Shown here in pieces: positions 24,947-33,985 of a stretch of 64,000 bases of DNA. Positions within the stretch are counted from its first letter, which is position 1, and each line of letters opens with the position of its first letter. The DNA comes from Hyaloraphidium curvatum SAG 235-1 (lineage: Eukaryota; Fungi; Monoblepharomycota), in assembly GCA_025558095.1 (NCBI GenBank), contig JAIVFI010000024.1, positions 496,001-560,000 of the forward strand. Direction: 5' to 3'. Both the position numbers and the translations under genes were made by a program. The notes under the pieces were generated by a model. That model was not told the origin of the DNA. It saw nothing but the letters and a program-made list of their open reading frames with translations, and did no database searches.

Positions 24947-25645
24947 TCACTCGTCGTCGTCGCCGCCGCCTCCCTCACAGTCGCACCGGCAATCCTCGCA
25001 CAGTGATCTCTCGCACACTTCGCACGTCCTCGTCTCGTTGCAAGCCTCGCAATAGCCGTCCGCGCGCTCTTCGCATTCGTAGTGCGGGCAGTTCTCGCAG
25101 ACCCCGGATCCGCAGCCCTGGCATTCGACGCCTCCGCGCCGGAGGCTTCCGCACGGGGTGCAGATAGCGCCCGGGGGCTTGCCGCGCATGTACTGCGGCG
25201 CGCAGCCGCTGCACATCCTCCCGCCTCCCTCCCTGGGGTACGTCGGGCCGCATTCCTGGCAGAACATGCCCCAGCATTCCTCGCAGATGACAAAGCCCCC
25301 GCATGCGTCGCAGTAGAAGAGGCCGCAGCCCCAGCACGTGCCCCCGCGGTTCGGACAGCCCTCCTCCCCGCAGCCTCCCGGCTCGCCGCACTCCTCGCAC
25401 GGCGGGAACGAATCCCCGGGCTCGACGGGCTCCCCGCAGTGCGGACACACGTCTTCCTGCGGCGATGGCCCGTCGGACGCGTCGCCCGAGCCCTGGTCGT
25501 CGACGGGCCCTGGCTTCGGGTCCGGCGCTCCGGCGTTGGGCCACGCGGGCGTCTCTAGCAATCCCGGGCCCGAGGTCGTCTCCGCTGCAGCAGTCTTCAA
25601 TCGCTTCGGGTGCGGCGCCGCGGACACGTCCCCGACGTGCTTCAT
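24947..25645 (-). CDS. Cys-rich protein with tandem CxxC repeats (putative multi-zinc-binding)
   Basis: About a dozen CxxC pairs (CPHC, CEEC, CWGC, CDAC, CQEC, CSGC, CTPC, CQGC, CENC, CEAC, CEVC, CEDC); N-terminal PKRLK NLS-like motif. Confidence 0.65.
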   Translation of the reverse strand: MKHVGDVSAAPHPKRLKTAAAETTSGPGLLETPAWPNAGAPDPKPGPVDDQGSGDASDGPSPQEDVCPHCGEPVEPGDSFPPCEECGEPGGCGEEGCPNRGGTCWGCGLFYCDACGGFVICEECWGMFCQECGPTYPREGGGRMCSGCAPQYMRGKPPGAICTPCGSLRRGGVECQGCGSGVCENCPHYECEERADGYCEACNETRTCEVCERSLCEDCRCDCEGGGGDDDE

Positions 25646-25760
25646 TGCGCGGTAGCTGGCGAAACTCCGAAAACCTGTCAGCATCATCGATCGCCGTTCT
25701 CTCTCTCTGTCGGGCGCCCGTCATGATCTTCATCAAAGCTGAACACAGAAACGAACACAA

Positions 25761-27507
25761 TCAACCGCCCTCGACCTTTGCATCCGCCTCGGGCACCACC
25801 AACCCGCCCTCCCTGGCCACCACGGCCTCGAGCAGCCCCAGCACCCTCCCCAGCCTCTCCTCCACGCTCCTCAGCCTCGCCTCGGCCTCCTTGGCCCTCT
25901 CCTCGCTCCTCTCCAGCAACCTCTTCACCTCCTCATCCCCTCCCGGCGGCGGCACCTCCGGCTCCGCCTCGAGCGGCACCTCCTCCGAGTCCGGATCCAC
26001 CAGCTCCGGGCCCGACCCGGGCGGCGCGGGCGGCGGCGTGGGGTCCCCGCCCCATATCCTCGCCCTGACCCCGCGCCACCACTCCGACACCTTGCCCCTG
26101 CGCTTGCGCTTGAACGGATCGCGGTACGGCCTCCCCTCGATCTCGCAGATCCGCCACTCGGCGTGCCGGATGGCGTCCTTGATCCCCGCGATGCGCGCCA
26201 TGCTGACCTGGAACCGGTCCAGCACGCGCGAGTACGAGTTGGAGATGATGGTCATGGGCATGGCGAGCACGAAGAGGCCGGTGATCATGGCCAGGCAGGC
26301 GACGAAGCGGCCCTGCGCCGTGACGGGGGTGATGTCGCCGTCTGCCGAAGCGGGGGGTCAGCGGCGGCCGCGGCGGCGGAGGCAAGAAGGGGGTTACCCA
26401 CAGCCGACGGTGGTCAGGGTCACGGACATGAAGTAGAGCGAGGTCTCGATGGACTGGAACTTGGAGACGGTGCCGTTGTTGAGGGCGTCGTTGTAGATCC
26501 AGAGGCCCGTCACGGGATCGACGATGCACGAGGCCGATTCGGCGTCTGCGGGGTGTGGAAGAAGTGCGATCAGCCGGAAAAGCGGGGCAGGGCCCGCGCG
26601 GGGACCCACAGTAGACGAGGGTGCCGTAGAAGATCATGACGAGGGTGAAGACGACGAGCAGCGCGGCGATGCCGAAGCTCGACTCGCGGATGGCTTGCCA
26701 CAGCAGCACGATCTTGACGCTGCGGTTGGTCGAGAATATCTTGACCAGCCGCGCGAGCCGGAGCACGCGCAGGATCGAGAGGCCGATGTAGTTGCTCGTG
26801 GTCGCGTCGCCCCCCGAGGCGGCGGCCAGGCCCATGACGAGCCAGAAGGGGAGGGTGGTGAGGATGTCGAGGATGGAGAAGAAGCTCAGGAATTCGCCGA
26901 CGTTGCGCATTGCGAGCCAGTTGAGCACCAGCTCGACGGTGAAGCTGCAGTTTATCCCGAACATGACCCAGAAGGTTATCTTGCGCTCCAGCTCGTCCCC
27001 GGGCACCTGCCGGAACGCCGGCTGGCTGTTGATGATCATCATGATCACCGACAGGATGACGGTAAAGTTGGACCAGGCCGCCACGGCGACGCCGAGCTTC
27101 GAGTCGCCCGGGAAGCGCATGACGGAGCGCAGCCGGTTGCGCCACGCCGGCCAGCCGTCCACGGCCTTGACGTCCTGGTCCGAGCCGACCACGGCCTCCT
27201 CGGCGGCCTTGAGCTCGGCCTCGAGCTCGGCCTTGTGGGCCTTGAGCTCCACGAGCTCGCCGGTGGGGTCCTTGTCGTCCTTCGTGCCGCCGGCGGACGC
27301 GGGTTTGCCTGCGGGCGCCAAGCCGTTGGAGAGGGAGGCCAGGGCCATGTCGGGCGGCAAGAGATGGGAGGCGTCGGCGGCGGGCGGCGCGGGGTTGGCA
27401 CCGACCGGGTCGGGCGGCGCGTCGACCGGCACCAGCACCGCTGCCGCGCCCGCGGTCGGGAGGACCCCGGCAGACCCGCCCGGAGAGTCCGATGGGGCGG
27501 CCGCCAT
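25761..27507 (-). CDS. Voltage-gated potassium channel (6TM, Kv-like)
   Basis: S4 segment LRVLRLARLVK. Removing introns 26546-26609 and 26342-26401 restores LVYYAES and the filter TLTTVGYGDITP. S6 reads GLFVLAMPMTII. Confidence 0.93.
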
Positions 27508-27780
27508 GGCGCCGGGCGCGAAGCCGTGCTAGTTCCGGAGTCCGTCCGCGTTTCGGGGCTTGGGCACGATGGGGGTGATCGGATGCGCGTGGACCCGCGA
27601 TCCTCGACGGGGGCGGCGCCTTTCGACGTTCTGCAGTTGCGAGCGAGCAATACGTCCATCATCTCGTCTGCAGATCGCTCAGTGGACATCGCGAGGATGG
27701 ACGGCACGGCTCTCGTTCCTTGTTCGCCTTCCGAGGGCGAGTCCACCGCGTCCCGCCCACACCACGCCGATCTGCCTGAA

Positions 27781-28458
27781 TCACGGCAGCCACGCGCTGC
27801 TGTCGACCCCCGCGCCCATGCCCACGAGCCAGCCGCCGCGCTCGACCACGTCCACGCGCACCTCGCGGCCGTCCAGCCTGGTGACCAGCGTCAGCGCGGC
27901 GCGCACGCCCGTCGCCGCCTCTGGCCGCACGCGGACCAGCGCGTCGAACGTCGGCGGGTCGCAGCCGGGCGACAGCGCCCGCGGCGGGGCGGCGGGGCCG
28001 AGGGCGAGCACGTCGAGGTCGGCGCCCGAGCCGAGCAGGCCGAACGCGGCCTGCAGCGCGCCGACGAGCGCCTTCTTGAAGAACGCGGGCGTCGGCAGCG
28101 GCGGCGGCGCGGGGTACGTCAGCCGCAGCCGGAGGAAGTGGTGCTGCGGCGCCGACACAAATCGGCGCACGGGGGGCAGCGGGGGCCGCGACCCGTCCCC
28201 GGCCACGCCGGTGGGGGCCCCGCCGCCCTCGCCGGCCACGTCGTGCCCCGTCTTTGTCCGCTTTGCCGGGCGCTGCCCCGCGTCGTCCCCGCCCCCGCCG
28301 CCCTCCGCGTCGCCCTCGTCCGCCGACAGCTCGCGCGGCCCCTCGTCCCCCTCCCACGCCGCGCCCTCCGCGTCCATCGGGTCCTCCCCGTCGGCCGACC
28401 CGTCCTCGTCGCTCCCGCTCGCGTCGCCCAGCGAGATGCGGTCCTCCTCGTCCGCCAT
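27781..28458 (-). CDS. RNase P/MRP subunit, Rpp14/Pop5/Pop8-like
   Basis: Acidic N-terminal extension, then FKKALVGALQAAFGLLG..DLDVL..ALVRV..VRAALTL..VDVV..WL, the Rpp14/Pop8 pattern. Confidence 0.65.
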   Translation of the reverse strand: MADEEDRISLGDASGSDEDGSADGEDPMDAEGAAWEGDEGPRELSADEGDAEGGGGGDDAGQRPAKRTKTGHDVAGEGGGAPTGVAGDGSRPPLPPVRRFVSAPQHHFLRLRLTYPAPPPLPTPAFFKKALVGALQAAFGLLGSGADLDVLALGPAAPPRALSPGCDPPTFDALVRVRPEAATGVRAALTLVTRLDGREVRVDVVERGGWLVGMGAGVDSSAWLP

Positions 28459-28571
28459 CCCCGACGCGTTCTGTTGTTTGTTTGCCCGCGTGAGTCAGCC
28501 ATCCGCGGCAATGAGCGGCATCCCGCCTCTCGCGGTCGCCCAAACTCCGTGGCACCGTCCCCCCACCGACG

Positions 28572-29117
28572 ATGCTCCTCCGCGCCTCCGCGCGCCTCCT
28601 CGCCACCTCGGCCCCCGCCCGCATCGCACGCCGCCCGCTCGAGCTGCAGCCGCCCTTCGAAGCCATCCTGGCCGACATCTCCGCCGGCGGCTCCCTCTCG
28701 CGCAAGCTCGGCGCCGCGCCGGACCCCGATGCCGTGCCGGGCGGCAAGTCCCGGCGCGAGGCGTTCAGGGAGCTCGACGACGCGGAGCGGCGGGTCGCGG
28801 AGAGGCAGAAGGAGGGGAACAGGGTCCCCGTGCTGGCCGAGGAGGGCATCCGGGTCGCGGGGCAGGACGCGTCCCAGGCTGCCGAGGGGGACAAACCCGG
28901 GCTGCTGGGACTCGCGGAGAGGCTGAAGAAGGAGGGAGCGGGGTCGGCGGTCGGCAAGGAGGGCGGCCAGGGTGGGGGAGACGCCGCGGGGGGCGAGAAG
29001 CCCGCGGGGGGCAGGGGGGACAGGGCAGACAAGGCGGACGAGGACGAGAGGATCGGGCTCCTCGCGGTCGGGATGAAGCAGACGATCGAGGTCGTCGTCA
29101 AGAAGGGGAGGATCTGA
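28572..29117 (+). CDS. Hypothetical protein, possible mitochondrial presequence
   Basis: ATG-started 181-aa ORF with coding-like codon bias; N-terminus MLLRASARLLATSAPARIARR; divergent from the Pop8-like gene. Confidence 0.55.
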   Translation: MLLRASARLLATSAPARIARRPLELQPPFEAILADISAGGSLSRKLGAAPDPDAVPGGKSRREAFRELDDAERRVAERQKEGNRVPVLAEEGIRVAGQDASQAAEGDKPGLLGLAERLKKEGAGSAVGKEGGQGGGDAAGGEKPAGGRGDRADKADEDERIGLLAVGMKQTIEVVVKKGRI

Positions 29118-29363
29118 GCGCACGGCGCGTCGGGCGCGGACCGGACTCGGTGGAGGCAGTGGAGGCTGTTGACGCTTGACATCTCATCTCTTCCGCACAA
29201 CGACTACCCCTGGACATGGCTGGCTAGCATAGGCTGCTGACGGACATTTTCCGTAGACATCTGTTTGGAACATCTTGACACTGCATTTGTTTGGACGCGC
29301 GCACGGTCATCCTACCTCCACCTTTCTTTGACGGCTTCCTGACTCTGATGCATCCGCTTGTCA

Positions 29364-30297
29364 CAGGAACCTGCCCCGCCTTCCCAGGAAGCGCCTGGGC
29401 GAAGGCGCGAACTTTGGTGATGAACAGCAGCACGTCTCCGGGACCCTTCAACGCCGGGAGCTCCTGGGCACGTTGAATGTAATCAGGGACCCCGTCGCCG
29501 TCCTCGTCGACCTGGGAGTTCTCCTCGGCCAGCTTGGCGAGCTCGTCCAGCGCCTCTTGCACGTCTGGAGGCATCGCAGCCCTGACTCTCTTCGCCCGCG
29601 TTCTCGGCGAGGTTGGGAAGCTCCATGGCGTGAGCCCAGTAGACTTCGTCGTCGGCGGCTTCCTCGCCGTCCTCGTCCTCGGAGAGCTCTTCCTTCCCGC
29701 CTTCAGCTTGGGGCATGGACCTGCTTTTCGGCGCTGCCTCGATCCCGGCCTTCGCTCGAGTGTCCTCGGCCGCCTCGGCTGCGGCTTCCTCGAAAGTGTC
29801 CTTGATGGCCTCGACGATCTTCTTCTTGGCAGCCGGGGAGATATTCTTCGACACAGATGCCGCCCAGTCCGGGAGCGCGCTCTTCCTTGGTTCGGGAAGA
29901 CTACGCAATGCAGCAATCCACGGCTGCAGGTCCTCGCCCGATGCCTTGAGCAGCTCGGCCGGGATGTCGCCGTCGGAAGCGATCAGGTCGGTCCAGTCGG
30001 GCAGCTCGCTCGCCTTGATGTCGTCCGGCAGAGACCGAATGGCTTTCACCCAGCCAGGCAATTCGTCGCCGACCGCCACGGCCTGGGGATCCCATTCGCC
30101 GACGGGAGCGTCCGTTGCGGGTGACGGGCTGCCGCCGAAGCTGAACAGGGACGCAAGGGAGCGCTGGGTGCCCTGGACGGTGTCTTGCACGGTGCTGATG
30201 CGGGTCTCCGTCTCCTCGGTGGCGATGGCGTCCTTGTCCTCGCCAGCGGCCGCATCCGCATCGAGCAACTTTGACACTTCCTCAGGCACGGGAGCGT
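29364..30297 (-). pseudogene. Inverted, decayed copy of exon 5 of the giant gene
   Basis: Reverse complement matches ~8511-9482 at high identity, with in-frame deletions and a frameshifting deletion after ...PNLAEN. Confidence 0.9.
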
Positions 30298-30408
30298 AAC
30301 CGTTGCCGGGATGGCGACGCCTGCCGAGGAGCCCGACAAGGAGAACGAAACAAAGCAGGAGCAGGTCAAGCCCCGCCCAATCATCTTGATCGCGCCTCGC
30401 ACGCTGCC

Positions 30409-31995
30409 TCACTCCATGCACGCCGTGTCGAGGGTGACCGTCACCCCCGCCGTCCGCAGGATCGACCACAGGCCCACGCCGACGGTGAACATCGTCACCG
30501 CAAACGTGCGCGCGGTCCCGTAGCGCACCACGAACCCCATGAACCGCGCCTCGCACCCGTCCGCCTGCGCGTAAGCCGCGATCAGGTCCGCGTACTCTGA
30601 GAGCGACCGCGCGGCAGGGGTGCCGGCGAGCCCGGCGACGCCCGCGCGGGCGAGGAGGAGCTTGGACTCGCGGTACGCGCGCAGGAGGAGGGACGAGGCG
30701 GCGGAGACCTGCGAGTTGGAGGAGGCGAAGTTGATGATGTCCGTGACGATGAGGACGAGGCTGAAGGCCAGCGTGAGGAGGCACCAGAGGGGGACGCACG
30801 TTCCCGCGGCGATGTTGGCCACGATGCCCACCAAGGGGGCGATCACGTAGCCGATGATGATGTAGGGCGTCGAAGAAAAGGCCGGGAACCTGTTCCGCCA
30901 GAGGAAAGCGAGCCGCTCGCAGACTCCCACGAACGGTTCCTGGTCAACTTCGGAAAAGGTGCCCCCGCGGAAGAGCGCCGTTTCGTGGTTGTCAAGGAAA
31001 GACGAGAGCGCGCGCTTGAGGCCGCGGGAGTGGAGCCGCAGCCCGAGGCGGACCGCGGCGACGTTGCCGCCCACGGTGACCATCGAATTGGTGGTGATGA
31101 TGAAAGCGGTTAATGCAACTGAAGAAATTGTCGTGCGGATGAGCGTCTCCGGTGCGGAATCAAGGCCAGCACACCCACGAAAAGCCGCTGCAACAAAAGC
31201 GCTCCACGGAGACGACCACGTCCTTTCGGAAAACGTCACAAGGACGGTGTACTGCCCGAAAAAGATCAGGGCAATCGAGATCACGGTCCGGTAAGCCTGT
31301 TCCAACAGCCTTAGTGCAACTGCGGACTGGAAGAGCGGGGCCACGCATTCTCCACAAGGACACAGGGGGTCCCCTTGGGAGTGCAGCACCAGCGACGGCG
31401 CGCTCCCTGGTTTCTCAGAGGCACCGGAATCGACCAGCTGGCGCCACCGAGCAAAGACGGCAAGCGGGTGGCCCGAAAGGTCCTGGTCCCGCGCGGCAAC
31501 CGTCCGCCCGCGCAGGAACAACCCCATCAAGCTCGCCGCTGCGATCGTCGTCGACAGTACCATCACGCAGGCGTAGCCGACCGCGAGGTTATCGAGCGGG
31601 AAGCGCCCGTCGTTGAACAGGAAAAGGGCGGGACCGAGCCCGACGGCGCAGAGGAACCACACGACCATGAACCATTTTAGCGATTTGACCCAGAACGGAG
31701 TCAGCGCGAGCTGGAGCCACACGAGGCCGCGAAGCACGGGCGACGCGGTCACGCCGGCGAGCAGCTCGGCGCGGCCCAACACCTCCGAACCCAGCTGGGA
31801 TTCGAGTGCGTCTTCGGGCGCGTTGGCGGCCTTTAGGAGGCGCTGAGCGGGCGGCTGGTGGGCGGGAAACATGGCAAGGGGCTCCGCCGTGGTGAAGAGC
31901 GGCCCCCGGCACACGAGGCAGTCCCGTGTTCCGTCCATGCCCAAGTCGCCGACGCCGGCCAGGGGAACCAAAGACGCAGGTGCTTCGACGCTCAT
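30409..31995 (-). CDS. 7-TM membrane protein, paralog 1 (7TMIC/DUF3537-like candidate)
   Basis: Seven hydrophobic segments; probable 60-nt in-frame intron 31119-31178; C-terminus ARFMGFVVRYGTARTFAVTMFTVGVGLWSILR...DTAC; homologous to the genes at 32149 and 58901. Confidence 0.8.
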   Translation of the reverse strand: MSVEAPASLVPLAGVGDLGMDGTRDCLVCRGPLFTTAEPLAMFPAHQPPAQRLLKAANAPEDALESQLGSEVLGRAELLAGVTASPVLRGLVWLQLALTPFWVKSLKWFMVVWFLCAVGLGPALFLFNDGRFPLDNLAVGYACVMVLSTTIAAASLMGLFLRGRTVAARDQDLSGHPLAVFARWRQLVDSGASEKPGSAPSLVLHSQGDPLCPCGECVAPLFQSAVALRLLEQAYRTVISIALIFFGQYTVLVTFSERTWSSPWSAFVAAAFRGCAGLDSAPETLIRTTISSVALTAFIITTNSMVTVGGNVAAVRLGLRLHSRGLKRALSSFLDNHETALFRGGTFSEVDQEPFVGVCERLAFLWRNRFPAFSSTPYIIIGYVIAPLVGIVANIAAGTCVPLWCLLTLAFSLVLIVTDIINFASSNSQVSAASSLLLRAYRESKLLLARAGVAGLAGTPAARSLSEYADLIAAYAQADGCEARFMGFVVRYGTARTFAVTMFTVGVGLWSILRTAGVTVTLDTACME

Positions 31996-32148
31996 TATCC
32001 CTAAGCTTCGATTTCGGTAACTGATGGTGCCGGCACCCGAGGATCGTCGGTAAACCCCGCGCAGTCGCGATCGACGACCAGCAGTCGCGTCCGATCGCGA
32101 ATTGACTGTGCACAGCCCGGGGAACTCCGCGCACAACCCGGACCCGCG

Positions 32149-33720
32149 ATGGCGAACGACCTGCTGCTGTCGCCCGCCGCGCAGCTCGCCGTCTTCCCCT
32201 CCCCGAGCGCCGGGCCGCCGCCCGACGTGCCGAAATGGCTTTGGCACCAAGACGCGGTCACTGCCGCGGCCGCCGGCCGCGCGGCGCGCCCGCTGACTCT
32301 GCACGTGCTACGCGAGGAGCTCGACAGGTCCGGGAAGCCGATGGGGACGCTGGTGGCCTGGGACATGATCCTCCGGACTCGGTTAAACGGGAGGCCTTTG
32401 CTGCTGCTTCCGCTGTTGGAGATCTCTGCGCTGCTGCTGTACTCCATGTGCTTCGTCTATGGGCTCGGCCTGTTTGGTGTTCGCAACCTGGTGGTCGCCC
32501 TGGTCGGGTTCGTGGTCGTCCGCCTCGCATGGATTCTTCCGGGTTACGGATTCGGGATCTATCGGGTTTTCACTTCGTCGGCGGAGGCTTCTCGATCCGT
32601 GGCCACGGATGCCAAAGCTCAGAAGGACGATCGCCGTGCGCCCGCCGCGGAGGAAGTGCTGTACGATTCCAGCGTTTACGCCCCACTTGTGCGCTATTCG
32701 CAGCTTCTTGCAGACGTCCTTCGGACGACAACCGATACAGAGGCCTCTGGAGCTTGCGATGCAGTAGATTCACTGCTTGAGCACGACGATTCCGACGACC
32801 TGTGTCCCTGCGACGGCTCAAAGTGCTTGGGACACATCTTTTCTTACGCAAGGAGCTTCATGCTGGCCTATGTTGTGGTTCATGCGCTCCTCAGCCAGCT
32901 CACCTTTGCTGTCTCTATCTGGTGGGCACCGGCAGTTACTCTGGCCCTAGCTGTGTGGGGCACCACGTGGTCGGCAGTGTTGTCCGGGGTGTTCATCGCC
33001 GTCCTCACCGTATTCTATTTCGTGGGCACGTTTTCGCCCGGAGTGGTCAACAACCCTAGCATTTTCGCGCTTGAGCACCGGCTTCGCCACCGATTGCTCG
33101 CTCTGGACCTGCAGGATCTCGTCGACCGGTTTTCCCGGGCTCTCGATTCCGAATCTGATCTCAGCGCGGACGTAAAGCTCGGAAACGTGGAAGCGGAACC
33201 GTACGTCGGCCTCCACGGACAGCTCATCGCGGACTGGCGCAGCGCCAACGCAATCTCGACCGCCCCCCGGCGCATGGTCGTTGTTTCGTTCTCTGCCGCG
33301 GCGCTCTGGGCCGTCGTCTGCATCGCCGTCGGCTCCTGCATCCCCGCGTTTTACCTCGTCCAAATGATCATCTCCCTGTGGACGCTCGTCCTGCAAGCGC
33401 TCGGGAGCGCGTACAAGAATCTTCAGCCGGCCCGCACGGCGGCGCAGTACCGCTCCGCCGCCCTCTCCCTCTCCGCGCTCGCTGCCCGGATCCCTCCGGA
33501 CCGCCCACGCCTCCTCGCCGCCGTTCGCGCGCACAGGGACGTGCTCCTCGCCTTCTCCGACCTGGACGCGAGCAAGGCGGGCTTCTTCGGGGTGCCGGTC
33601 ACGTTCGGGACGCTGAGGGCGATGATGGTGACGCTCGTAACGGTCGCCGCGGGCCTGTTTACTGTGCTGAGGGCGACGGGGGTCTACGTGACCATGGATT
33701 TGGCGTGCAGGTTGAGCTGA
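32149..33720 (+). CDS. 7-TM membrane protein, paralog 2 (7TMIC/DUF3537-like candidate)
   Basis: Intronless 523-aa ORF sharing LAxFP, HxxxDxxCPC, GSCIP and AGFFGVPVTFGTLR...DLAC motifs with its paralogs. Confidence 0.8.
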   Translation: MANDLLLSPAAQLAVFPSPSAGPPPDVPKWLWHQDAVTAAAAGRAARPLTLHVLREELDRSGKPMGTLVAWDMILRTRLNGRPLLLLPLLEISALLLYSMCFVYGLGLFGVRNLVVALVGFVVVRLAWILPGYGFGIYRVFTSSAEASRSVATDAKAQKDDRRAPAAEEVLYDSSVYAPLVRYSQLLADVLRTTTDTEASGACDAVDSLLEHDDSDDLCPCDGSKCLGHIFSYARSFMLAYVVVHALLSQLTFAVSIWWAPAVTLALAVWGTTWSAVLSGVFIAVLTVFYFVGTFSPGVVNNPSIFALEHRLRHRLLALDLQDLVDRFSRALDSESDLSADVKLGNVEAEPYVGLHGQLIADWRSANAISTAPRRMVVVSFSAAALWAVVCIAVGSCIPAFYLVQMIISLWTLVLQALGSAYKNLQPARTAAQYRSAALSLSALAARIPPDRPRLLAAVRAHRDVLLAFSDLDASKAGFFGVPVTFGTLRAMMVTLVTVAAGLFTVLRATGVYVTMDLACRLS

Positions 33721-33751
33721 GGTGAACCAGGGCTGGGCCGAGGCGCGGTGC

Positions 33752-33828
33752 TGGCCAGGGAGCGCAGGCTGGTGGTGGCCGAGGCAGATGCAAAGGTCGA
33801 GGGCTTGATGCTGGTTTTTCTCTGTTGC
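33752..33828 (+). repeat. Inverted duplicate of the last codons, stop and 3'UTR of the K+ channel gene
   Basis: tggccagggag..tggtggtg.ccgaggc.gatgcaaaggtcgagggc..ttgat matches the reverse complement of ~25742-25819 (AREGGLVVPEADAKVEG vs ARERRLVVAEADAKVEG). Confidence 0.75.
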
Positions 33829-33985
33829 AACGTATTGTCTTTATTCGTCAGAAGTGCTAGGCCGGAGGCGGCATCGAGAGGACGCGCGATCGAACTTGAT
33901 CACGAGGGTGGAGTTCCGCGCGCCAGGCTCCCGCGACGCGGCCAGCAGCTCAGCGCCTACCAGAGCCGCAAGGCCTTAGGCCGAA

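Noticed and set aside
26524-29200. Long overlapping ORFs (800, 539 and 513 aa)
   Set aside because: Arg/Gly/Pro-rich shadows of the Kv, Pop8-like and 28572 genes in very GC-rich DNA.
30311-30523. Short ORF MATPAEEPDKENETKQ..
   Set aside because: It runs antisense into the 7-TM gene end. It may be another stray fragment but is unsupported as a gene.
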